DNA from: Chthoniobacterales bacterium
GTDB lineage: Bacteria > Verrucomicrobiota > Verrucomicrobiia > Chthoniobacterales > UBA10450
Reading direction: 5' to 3'
Assembly: GCA_038233435.1 (NCBI GenBank)
Contig: JBBSLZ010000001.1
Span: forward strand, 1-50,359
Length of the DNA: 50,359 bases
Numbering within the stretch: position 1 is the first letter of the stretch; each line of letters opens with the position of its first letter. The position numbers were made by a program, and so were the translations under genes. The notes under the pieces were generated by a model. It had not been told where the DNA came from. It worked only from the letters and a program-made list of their open reading frames with translations, and did no database searches. This document shows, in pieces, positions 9,011 to 16,648 of this stretch.

Positions 9011-9351
9011 GCTACTTCGTGAAACTGTCGTTTTGGCGGGGTGTTGCAGCTCTGATTATCTGCGCGCTCCTGTTATTGGTGGTCACGATGTGCGTCCGGA
9101 ACCGGACAATTCTTCCTTCGGATCGGTCAAGTTTGACGCACGATGAGATCGAAACGCTGACGCTGTCAGCAAACGCCGGTGACAGTACTGCGGCTCGTCG
9201 GTTAAGTAGATTTTATCTAGACATGGAGGGTAATGGGGTGCGTGCGTATTATTGGATGCGCCGCGCAATGGAGCTGGGCGATCCGAGGGCCGAAGACGAT
9301 TTGCAAGCCCTTCGTGAAATTTTTCCAGAATTACAGGGAGAAGCCGAGTGA
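9007..9351 (+). CDS. Candidate Rhs immunity protein: N-terminal TM helix plus Sel1-like repeat
   Basis: 114-aa ORF. Its TTG start (or GTG at 9019) overlaps the rhs stop (TTGA). TM segment VAALIICALLLLVVTM. Sel1-like repeat AARRLSRFYLDMEGNGVRAYYWMRRAMELGDPRAEDDL. G+C is lower than the surroundings, and the position is the typical one for an immunity gene. Confidence 0.6.
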   Translation: MSYFVKLSFWRGVAALIICALLLLVVTMCVRNRTILPSDRSSLTHDEIETLTLSANAGDSTAARRLSRFYLDMEGNGVRAYYWMRRAMELGDPRAEDDLQALREIFPELQGEAE

Positions 9352-9405
9352 CGCCAGGGTCGTCCTAAACGCAAGGGGAGGGTCGAACGCGAAACCCGGT
9401 TCGGC

Positions 9406-10317
9406 GTGGGCTGCACCTTCCAGCAGCGCCGCGAGCACGAAGTGATGGACGAAGACTGGAGTGTCTCGCCTGTGACGCAGCGCCTCCGAGACAAGGCTTG
9501 GTCGCAGCTCGGCACGAGTGGAAGCGGGAACCACTTCGTCGAATTCGGCGCGTTTAAGGTAGCGCAAGCTTCCAGCTTGCTCGGGAACGACGACTGCAAG
9601 CTGGAAGCTTGCGCTACCTTGCCGCCCGGCGAATACGTGGCGCTCCTCACTCACAGCGGCTCGCGCGGGACGGGGGCCCAGGTTTGCCAGCACTACAGCC
9701 GGCTGGCGATGGAACGGCACCCGGAGTTGCCGAAAGAGCAAAAACACCTTGCCTGGCTCTCGCTCGATGAGGAAGCAGGCCAGGAATATTGGAACGCGAT
9801 GAACCTGATGGGTCACTACGCGGCGGCGAACCATGCCCTCATCCATAAACACATCGCGCGCTCGTTAGGCGCGCGCGTCGTCCTCGAGAACCATCACAAC
9901 TTCGCCTGGAAAGAGCGCCACCTGATCGCGGGCGAAGAACGCGCAGTGATCGTGCACCGTAAAGGCGCCACGCCAGCCGGCGTGGGCGTGCTCGGCATTA
10001 TCCCGGGCACAATGGCGTCGCCCGGTTTCCTCGTGCGCGGCAAAGGCCAGACCGAATCGCTCGCCAGCGCCTCGCACGGCGCGGGCCGCGTTATGAGCCG
10101 CACGAAGGCGAAGCAATCGTTTACCTGGAGCGCGGTGAAGAAGCTGCTCGCCGAGCGCGGGGTCACGCTGCTCTCCGCCGGACTCGATGAAGTGCCCGGC
10201 GTCTACAAAGACATCGACGCCGTCATGGCCGCGCAGACTGATTTGGTCGAGGTGCTCGGCCAATTCGATCCGAAGCTGGTTAAGATGTGCCCCGCCGGCG
10301 AGCGGGCGGAAGATTGA
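9406..10317 (+). pseudogene. rtcB: RtcB RNA ligase, 5'-truncated (about 110 N-terminal residues missing) with an in-frame palindromic insertion
   Basis: Conserved RtcB blocks are present: GSGNHFVEFG, HSGSRGTG, NHHNFAW, HRKGATPA, IPGTMASPGFLVRG, SASHGAGRVMSRTKAK, PGVYKDIDAVMAAQTDLVEV. GSGNHF sits at about residue 48, whereas in E. coli RtcB (from memory) it is at about 160. The N-terminal metal-binding region is therefore absent. Confidence 0.75.
9556..9620. repeat. REP doublet inside the rtcB reading frame (25-nt perfect inverted arms, 15-nt spacer)
   Basis: AAGGTAGCGCAAGCTTCCAGCTTGC at 9556-9580. Its exact reverse complement is at 9596-9620. Each arm is GTAGCG plus the hairpin GCAAGCT-tcc-AGCTTGC. 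Confidence 0.9.
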
Positions 10318-10467
10318 GCCAAAGCGACGTCTTCCTTCGACCCTTCAGGCAACCCGCGGCCGGGCGGCAGGCCTGGTGAAGGCGACTCGCCTCAACGAAC
10401 TTTATCGAATTCACCTCGTTCCACATGAGCCTTCGACATGGTCTCGAAGCAGCGGCCGAAAGGCATG

Positions 10468-10551
10468 AGTTTTCATCCACAGATTCCTCGGTCCCGATTC
10501 ACACAGGTTCCGAAAAAGAATTAGGGCGCAGAAACTCTGTGCGATTTGTGG
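10468..10551 (+). repeat. CCACAGAT...ATYTGTGG element, copy 1 (upstream of parDE)
   Basis: About 84 nt, roughly 85% identical to 11205-11287. It has internal CACAG(A/G)TTCC x2 near the 5' end and the inverted motif (A)ATYTGYG near the 3' end. Confidence 0.85.
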
Positions 10552-10613
10552 ACCGTTCGGGGCGGCTCATTGCGATGATTGCCGCAGGTCGTGGGCTTTG
10601 GTATTCTTCCGGC

Positions 10614-10838
10614 ATGAGCACCTTACCGGAAGTCAAGGCCGCGGCGGCCACGCTGCCGGCGGAGGATCGCAGCGCCTTGGTCGCGTGGCTGAGTGAATCG
10701 GACGACGTTTGGAAGATCCGTCGCGAAAGTCTGCGCCGTGAAATTCAGATCGGCTTGGATGAGATCGAGCAGGGTGAAGTCGAACCGCTCGACATGGCAG
10801 AGATTAAGCGCGAGGCGCGAGCCCGCTTTGCCACCTAG
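10614..10838 (+). CDS. parD: Type II antitoxin, ParD/addiction-module-component-like
   Basis: 74 aa from ATG 10614. The 137-aa track ORF runs through the upstream repeat. N-terminal LPAEDRSALVAWLSES motif. The C-terminal LRREIQIGLDEIEQGEVEPLDMAEIKREARARF resembles ParD tails. It lies directly upstream of a ParE gene. Confidence 0.7.
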   Translation: MSTLPEVKAAAATLPAEDRSALVAWLSESDDVWKIRRESLRREIQIGLDEIEQGEVEPLDMAEIKREARARFAT

Positions 10839-10849
10839 CATCGGAACGG

Positions 10850-11149
10850 ATGGCAAGGGTCGATCGAGCGGCGCGCGCGGAAGCCGATCTCATTGAAATC
10901 TGGATTCACATCGCGCAGGACGATCCCTCGGCTGCCGATCGTCAACTCGACCGAATCGACGCAGCCTGCGACATGCTCGCGACAAATCCCGAAGGCGGCC
11001 CACGCCGTGAAGACCTCGCGCCAGGCCTTCGCTTCTATCCGGTTGGAAACTATCTGATTTTCTACGCGTCGATCGAGGACGGAATCATTCTGGTGCGCGT
11101 GCTTCACGGAGCCCGCGACTACGCTTGGGATTTCGACCTGCCATCTTAA
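10850..11149 (+). CDS. parE: Type II toxin, RelE/ParE family
   Basis: 99 aa. A..DLIEIWIHIAQDDPSAADRQLDRI...L...P..G..RE.L.PGLRFYPVGNYLIFY...DGIILVRVLHGARD is a classic ParE pattern. There is a 12-nt gap after the antitoxin. Confidence 0.85.
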   Translation: MARVDRAARAEADLIEIWIHIAQDDPSAADRQLDRIDAACDMLATNPEGGPRREDLAPGLRFYPVGNYLIFYASIEDGIILVRVLHGARDYAWDFDLPS

Positions 11150-11204
11150 CCGCCTCTTACACTGATCAACGTCACTCGTCCGGAAGGGCAAGGCGGTCGC
11201 AGGC

Positions 11205-11287
11205 AGTTTCATCCACAGATTCCCTCGGTCCCGATCACACAGATTCCGAATGGGAATTGGGGCGCCGAAAATCTGCGTAATCTATGG
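11205..11287 (+). repeat. CCACAGAT...ATCTRTGG element, copy 2 (downstream of parDE)
   Basis: Direct repeat of 10468-10551, in the same orientation. Confidence 0.85.
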
Positions 11288-11658
11288 TTCATTCGCGTCC
11301 TGCTTGCGCGGGTGATTAACCCAGCGGCGTCATCACCGCACGATGAAGGAATGCGAATCATCGTGGTTTTGCCGGAGACGCAAATCAAAGCGATCGGTTC
11401 CTATCGGAAGCGAAGGCATCTCCCGTGCGGAAGACGTCTGGATTGCGGTAGAAGCCTTAGCAGCTCCAATTTCGAGGAATTATCACACAAACACACAGCG
11501 CCTTCCTTCATAACGGATGTGATGGCCGAGTGAGACGGGGTCGGACAGTCCGGAGCCCGCCGCTCCCTTTATTGAATGAACCGGATCGTCACCGGCTAGC
11601 GGTAGAATGCTTCGTCGCTCCTTTGGATGACGCCGACGATGACGCGGACGGAGAACAA

Positions 11659-11690
11659 AGCGGCCGGATGTTTCTCATAATCCGGCCGCT
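11659..11690 (-). terminator. Candidate intrinsic terminator for the M20 hydrolase gene
   Basis: 11-bp GC-rich stem (AGCGGCCGGAT / ATCCGGCCGCT) with a 10-nt loop. On the minus strand it is followed by TTGTTCTCC. It lies about 125 nt downstream of the stop at 11815. Confidence 0.45.
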
Positions 11691-11814
11691 CGGATTGAAC
11701 TTCTGACTACGGATCAGCGGATTTCGGTCGCCGCCTTCCCGCCGACCCAAGGTGCGGGTCGCGTCGGCTTGACACCGCCGCGCAGCGTCCCTACCCAGGA
11801 AACGCTCCTCGCCG

Positions 11815-13062
11815 TTACGCGTTGCCCGCGATCCAGGCGATCGCGTTGTCGGCCAGCTTATCGAAGGCGGTCACGGCGAGGGCGATGTGCTCTTCTTTCG
11901 TGTCCTCGATTTTGTTGTGGCTGAGACCGTGCAAACTTTGCACGAACATCATGACCGTCGGCACGCCGGCGCGCGCCACTTCGGCGGCGTCGTGCAGCGG
12001 ACCGGAGGGAAGACGATGGGGCGTGGCTCCGCTGGCGCGGATGGCGTCGTCGCTCAGCGCGATTAATTTTTCATGAAAGAGGATCGGCGCGATGTTCCAG
12101 ATCCGCTCCCAGGCGACGGTGACGTTGCTTTCCTCCGCGAAACGCTCGCTGGCGGATCGCGCGTCGCGTAACATGGCGGCGAGGCCGTCCGCGTCGAGGT
12201 GGCGTTGGTCGAGCGTGAGGATGCAATCTTCCACCACGCTGGTGACGATGCCGGGACGCGTCCGGCAGGAGCCAATCGTGCAGACGCCGCCGTGCCGCTC
12301 CGCGATTCGGTAGATCTCCGGACTCATTTTGGCGGCGGCGAGGAAGGCATCCTGGCGACGATTCATCGGGGTGCTGCCGGCGTGGGCGGCCTGCCCGTGG
12401 AAGGTGAGGGAGTGCCGCTCGACGCCGAAGGTGCCGAGGACCGTGCCCAAGGGCAGATCGAGGTCGAGGAGGACGGGTCCCTGTTCGATGTGCAATTCGA
12501 GGTAGGCGGCCGCGTTCTTCAGTTCGCGTCCGCACGCGAGCACGTTCTCGAAGTCGATCTCGTGCTCCCGCAGAGCGGCGGGCAGGGCGATGCCGTCGCG
12601 GTCTTTCAACGCGCGCGCTTCCGCCAGGTTGAGATTTCCGGAGCAGGCCGAGGAACCGAAGAGGCTTTTGCCGAAGCGGGCCCCTTCTTCGTCCGCCCAA
12701 TCGACCAGCCGCACGGTGACCGGCGGCCGCCCATGGTATTGGGCATGGAGGCGGCGCAGGATCTCGGCTCCGGCGAGGGTGTTCAGGCAACCATCGAGCC
12801 AGCCACCGTTCGGGACGGAATCGATGTGGCCACCGATGAGGAGGCATTTCTCGGATTCGCCCACGAGGGTGGCCCAAAGATTTCCGGCTTCATCGCGATG
12901 GGTCTCAGCTGGGATGGCCTCGGTCTTTTGCTGGAGCCAGGCGCGTGCGCCCGCCCAGAGACCGGTGAAGGCGACGCGTTGGGCGCCGTTTTCGTTTCCG
13001 GTGAGCGCGCGTAATTCCTGGAGTTCCGCGATGGTGCGTTGCGGATTTAGAGGGGCTCGCAT
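11815..13062 (-). CDS. M20-family Zn-dependent amidohydrolase (allantoate amidohydrolase / N-carbamoyl-L-amino-acid hydrolase type)
   Basis: 415 aa. GGHIDSVPNGGWLDG, WADEEGARFG, ELHIEQGPVL, FHGQAAHAGSTPMNRRQDA and SHNKIEDT are typical of the hydantoinase/carbamoylase amidase family. Confidence 0.85.
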   Translation of the reverse strand: MRAPLNPQRTIAELQELRALTGNENGAQRVAFTGLWAGARAWLQQKTEAIPAETHRDEAGNLWATLVGESEKCLLIGGHIDSVPNGGWLDGCLNTLAGAEILRRLHAQYHGRPPVTVRLVDWADEEGARFGKSLFGSSACSGNLNLAEARALKDRDGIALPAALREHEIDFENVLACGRELKNAAAYLELHIEQGPVLLDLDLPLGTVLGTFGVERHSLTFHGQAAHAGSTPMNRRQDAFLAAAKMSPEIYRIAERHGGVCTIGSCRTRPGIVTSVVEDCILTLDQRHLDADGLAAMLRDARSASERFAEESNVTVAWERIWNIAPILFHEKLIALSDDAIRASGATPHRLPSGPLHDAAEVARAGVPTVMMFVQSLHGLSHNKIEDTKEEHIALAVTAFDKLADNAIAWIAGNA

Positions 13063-13253
13063 CGGCGTCTCCAGCGCCCCACTCTCTACCGAGCGGCTGG
13101 CGCAGCGGCGAGATAATTCATCGTCCGGCCGGGAGGCCGTAAGGCTAAATTGAATTTTTTCCGGAAAATTCGGTCCAATTCTACACGCCCGGGAGACGGC
13201 GCTTTCGATCCAGAGAGCAAAGACATTTCCGCACTCGGGTTGATTTTTTTTCT

Positions 13254-15065
13254 GTGTCCATGGAACGCCCTACTTATCTCGAACATTACCGCGTCATGGT
13301 GGACAGCGTCGGCGCGCCAGTGGAACTCCGGCGGAATGGCCAGCACGTCGTCTACCAGGCAGAGGATCTGCGCTCCGGACAGGAAGTGGCACTCGGCGTG
13401 ATCCGGGATTTTTCGCCGGAGAATCTTGACCGCTTGGAAGAGGAAACGCGCCGCGCGGAGCGAATCGCGCATCTTAATCTTCCCCGTATCTTGGAGGTGG
13501 GACGGGAGCCGGGCCGCGTCGTCTACGCCACCGAGAACTTCGTGGGCACGCCCGCGGAGGAATGGATCGAAGAGCACGGACCGATGCCGGTGGGCCCCGT
13601 CTTGCGGATCGGGCTCCAGGCGGTCAGCGCGCTGGGAGCGGCCACTTACCACAGCGTCTCGCATGGCGCGATCAACCCGCGCCATGTCCTCCTGGTGCCC
13701 GGCCAGACGGCGCAGGGAGATTGGCCTTTGATCAAAATTCTCGGTCTGGTGGGGCCGTTACGCAGCTTTGCCGGCTCTCAGTTTGCAGGGGAAGCGGCGG
13801 ACTTCGAGGCGCAATTCGCCAGCCCGGAACAGTGGCAGAATCGCCCGGTTGATTTCCGTTCCGAGATCTACTCGTTAGGCGCGACGCTTTGGTATCTGCT
13901 CACCGGCGCGCCGCCAGCGCCGGCAGAGGAACTCGACCGGGTGAGCGGGCTTTCGAAGCCGGTCCTGAAGTTGCTCGAGGAAATGCTGGCCCGCCCGCCC
14001 GAGGCGCGGCCGCACGATCCGGTCGCTTTCGAAGAGGAGATACGGAAGTGCCTCGATCAGGTGGAACGGCGGGCCGCGATCGGGCGGAAATTTGGGGTGC
14101 CGGCGGTGGCACCGATCGCGGTGGTGAAAAAAAGCGAGCCGCGGCCTCCTTGGACGATGGGGAGAACCCTGGCGGTGGCCGCGGTGGTGCTGCTCTTCAT
14201 GGGCCTGGGCATCTTTTTCTGGTCCGCGAATCTGCGCCCCGGTCGGTCGCTTCTTTCCAACAGCGCTCCGATTGGGGTGCCGATCGGCGTGCCGGACGCT
14301 GCGGACGCGGTAGAGGCCAAGAACGGTGCGGATCGCGTTCCTAACCGCTCGAGCACAGCGGCGGTTGATCTCGCCTCTCGCTCCGTCGCTTCCGCGACGC
14401 CAGCTGATGCTTCCGCTTCGGACATCGATTTGGTGGAGCCCTCGGCGCCGGGGGAAGGGCCGGGTGCACCGGCACGCTTAGCCCAGACCGCTCCGATGGC
14501 TCAGAGCGGTCCTTCGGTAGCGCCGGGCGCCGAACCGCCTCCTCCTCCGATCGTGGCGGAAAACGATTCGGCGGAGATTTCTTCCCTGCCCTCCGAAACG
14601 GCGGAAAATCCGATCAAGCCAGACTTTTCCAATCCGGATGTCGCTGGCCTCCCGGAGCCTTCGCAAGACACCGCGCCCGTCGTTGCGGCGGGGAGCCCAG
14701 AGAGCCAACCGGAACCGACAGCCGTAGCGGAGGTGCAAGCACCTCGTCGTCCCGAACCTGCCAGCACGCCCACTCCGGTCGTGGCGCAGCGGGCGAAGCC
14801 GGCCACGATTCAGGGATTGCCGGTGCGGCGCGCGGAGCCCATCCAGGCGGTAGATTCGGTTACGGAAATCCGGCCGATCGCGAGCCCGGAGCGCACGGGG
14901 CGGCGATTCAACGGCTTGGAAGTGCGGGCCGCGGAGCCAGCCGAAAACACGCCGGGCTTGCCGAAACGCTCGCGGCGGGCGCGCTTCCTCGGGACGACGC
15001 CGGACGGCGAGATGGTCTTCGAGTTGCCTTCGGCGGAAGAAGGCTTCGTCGCCCCGCGCCGGTAG
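13254..15065 (+). CDS. Membrane-anchored Ser/Thr-kinase-like protein with degenerate catalytic motifs (pseudokinase) and a Pro/Ala-rich C-terminal region
   Basis: 603 aa. The kinase fold is recognisable (LEHYRV..., ASPEQ, SEIYSLGATLWYLLTG). However, VAIK reads EVALGVI, HRDxKPxN reads SHGAINPRH, and DFG reads ILGLVG. One TM helix (LAVAAVVLLFMGLGIFFW) is followed by about 270 aa of low complexity. Confidence 0.8.
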   Translation: MSMERPTYLEHYRVMVDSVGAPVELRRNGQHVVYQAEDLRSGQEVALGVIRDFSPENLDRLEEETRRAERIAHLNLPRILEVGREPGRVVYATENFVGTPAEEWIEEHGPMPVGPVLRIGLQAVSALGAATYHSVSHGAINPRHVLLVPGQTAQGDWPLIKILGLVGPLRSFAGSQFAGEAADFEAQFASPEQWQNRPVDFRSEIYSLGATLWYLLTGAPPAPAEELDRVSGLSKPVLKLLEEMLARPPEARPHDPVAFEEEIRKCLDQVERRAAIGRKFGVPAVAPIAVVKKSEPRPPWTMGRTLAVAAVVLLFMGLGIFFWSANLRPGRSLLSNSAPIGVPIGVPDAADAVEAKNGADRVPNRSSTAAVDLASRSVASATPADASASDIDLVEPSAPGEGPGAPARLAQTAPMAQSGPSVAPGAEPPPPPIVAENDSAEISSLPSETAENPIKPDFSNPDVAGLPEPSQDTAPVVAAGSPESQPEPTAVAEVQAPRRPEPASTPTPVVAQRAKPATIQGLPVRRAEPIQAVDSVTEIRPIASPERTGRRFNGLEVRAAEPAENTPGLPKRSRRARFLGTTPDGEMVFELPSAEEGFVAPRR

Positions 15066-15168
15066 GGAAGCCGCGCTGCGGCGTCCAGGCGGAGTGGCCT
15101 GCTGCTGGACTTCGGACGACCTTCCGCGAACCACCCCTCTTGGACGGCGCAGCGCGCCGTCCCTACCC
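15061..15168. repeat. REP doublet between convergent genes
   Basis: GGTAGGG-AAGCCGCGCTGCGGCGT-CCAGGCGG at 15061-15092. The inverted unit CTTGGACGGCGCAGCGCGCCGTCCCTACCC is at 15139-15168. The TAG stop of the kinase-like gene (15063-15065) lies inside the GTAG of the first unit. Confidence 0.85.
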
Positions 15169-15176
15169 AGGGAGCC

Positions 15177-16142
15177 TTATCGCCTTACGCTTTCCGCCTC
15201 GCGCACTTTCTCGGCGGCCACGCGTCGCAACCCGCCGGTCAGCCCGATTTTCGAGAGCGTCCAGATAATCCACTTCGTGGGATCGAACTCCCACGGCTTC
15301 ACCCCGTTGCGGTAGTCGTGTTGGAACTCGTGGTGATAGTTATGATAGCCCTCGCCGAAGGTGAAGACCGCCAGTAGATGCGAATCCCGCGCACTGCAAC
15401 GATCTGAATAAGGCTGCCGGCCCAGGGTGTGACAGGCGCTGTTAATCAGGAAGGTGCAATGCTGGAGCACGGTGACCCGCGCCACCCCGGCGATGAGAAA
15501 TCCCCCGAGCGCGCCGACCGCGCCATTCCAGAGCCAGCCGATCGCCGCCGGTAGGGCGAAGGCCACCACCACCGCGATGAGATGGACATAACGGTGTTGC
15601 CACATGACGAGGCGATCGCGCTTTAAATCCGGCACATTATCGAAGGGCGGTTGCGGACTCATCTTGAAGAGCAGCCAGCCGATGTGGGCGTAAAAAAAGC
15701 CTTTCGAAATATCGTAAGGATCGTCGTCATGATCGACGTGCTTGTGGTGGCGCCGATGTTCGCTCGACCACATCAAGACCGAGTTCTCAAACGCGCCCGC
15801 CCCGAAGATGAGCGTAAACAAACGCACCGGCCACGCCGCCCGGAATGCGATGTGCGAGAAAAGCCGGTGATAGCCCAGGCTGATCGAGAACCCGCTCGCG
15901 CAAAACATGGCGAAGAAAAGTGCCCACTGGAACCAATCCAGACCGAACTTCCAAAGATAAAGCGGGACCGCGGTGACGGTCAGTGCCGCCGTTCCGATCA
16001 GAAACGAACTGGTCGTCCAGTTGATCCGGTGCCGCGGCACGCGGAAGAGGGTGCGCTCGCGCTCCGCTGGCTTCTGATTGGGCGAGGCAGGAACCGGGCG
16101 GCTGACGGGAGCAGATTCAGGAACGGGAGTAAGAACTGGCAC
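15177..16142 (-). CDS. Acyl-CoA (delta-9 type) fatty-acid desaturase
   Basis: 321 aa with three histidine boxes: HRLFSH, HRRHHKHVD and GEGYHNYHHEFQHDY. Confidence 0.9.
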   Translation of the reverse strand: MPVLTPVPESAPVSRPVPASPNQKPAERERTLFRVPRHRINWTTSSFLIGTAALTVTAVPLYLWKFGLDWFQWALFFAMFCASGFSISLGYHRLFSHIAFRAAWPVRLFTLIFGAGAFENSVLMWSSEHRRHHKHVDHDDDPYDISKGFFYAHIGWLLFKMSPQPPFDNVPDLKRDRLVMWQHRYVHLIAVVVAFALPAAIGWLWNGAVGALGGFLIAGVARVTVLQHCTFLINSACHTLGRQPYSDRCSARDSHLLAVFTFGEGYHNYHHEFQHDYRNGVKPWEFDPTKWIIWTLSKIGLTGGLRRVAAEKVREAESVRR

Positions 16143-16232
16143 TGTGGATAGTAGGTTGGTTCCGGTTTAAAGCAATCCGCGCGCCGGGGGTGACGTTCGT
16201 TCGGCAGAGTTAAAAATTTTCCCGTTCACCGC

Positions 16233-16320
16233 TCAGAGCGGCCAGAAAGATACCAGCGTAACCGTCAACTCGAGCCCCACTTTCATGTAATCGAGGGTCA
16301 ATATTTACCCGGCCCACACC
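16233..16320 (-). pseudogene. Relic copy of the 3' end of the SLC13 permease gene
   Basis: 16220-16320 aligns with 17512-17640, the true 3' end, apart from an 18-nt gap. On the minus strand it reads ...GPGK-(indel/stop)-ILTLDYMKVGLELTVTLVSFWPL*. The intact gene reads GPGKYRILDYVKVGLGLTVTLAAVVLVTLELFWPL*. Confidence 0.8.
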
Positions 16321-16394
16321 GCTCGGAAGGTTGAACGAAGAGCGAGAGTCTTCCTGCTGGGGACGATTCGCCCACCTCCGGGATATGTCGATGT

Positions 16395-16434
16395 GTGGAC
16401 CAATTGGGGGTCATGTGGACCAATTGGGGGTCAG
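16395..16434 (+). repeat. 20-bp tandem duplication (GTGGACCAATTGGGGGTCA+1) x2
   Basis: Read directly: 16395-16414 and 16415-16434. Confidence 0.9.
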
Positions 16435-16565
16435 GCTAAGAATCTTGACAGAAGCGGCGAGCGGGCTTTGCTGCGAGATCCCAGAGCATTAGGGTCGAGT
16501 ATGGAGGAGCCCAGAGATATTATTCGCCGAACGAATCTGTCATGATTCTTAGCCTGACCCCCAAT
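16423..16565. mobile_element. MITE-like element: 29-bp terminal inverted repeats flanking 85 bp
   Basis: ATTGGGGGTCAGGCTAAGAATCTTGACAG at 16423-16451. Its reverse complement (28/29 match) is at 16537-16565. No ORF lies inside. A third solo arm is at 17412-17440. Confidence 0.6.
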
Positions 16566-16648
16566 CCCGATCCGGCGTTCTCCGAGTTGCCGGCACGTTT
16601 TCCAGACAGGGCTCTGCTTAACGCGGATACGCTCGCGGACTATGCTCG

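Noticed and set aside
10468-11287. Repeat-bracketed parDE as an integron gene cassette
   Set aside because: There is no intI gene or attI in the window. I could not find the RYYYAAC/GTTRRRY core sites expected for attC. The repeat family also occurs elsewhere (46794-46891) without a cassette context. It is kept only as a lower-interest finding.
16423-16565. Autonomous IS or transposon at the SLC13 3' end
   Set aside because: No transposase or integrase ORF lies between the repeats. The only ORF (16649-17194) has no DDE, HUH or recombinase motifs that I can see. The element is therefore called MITE-like or a remnant rather than an IS.
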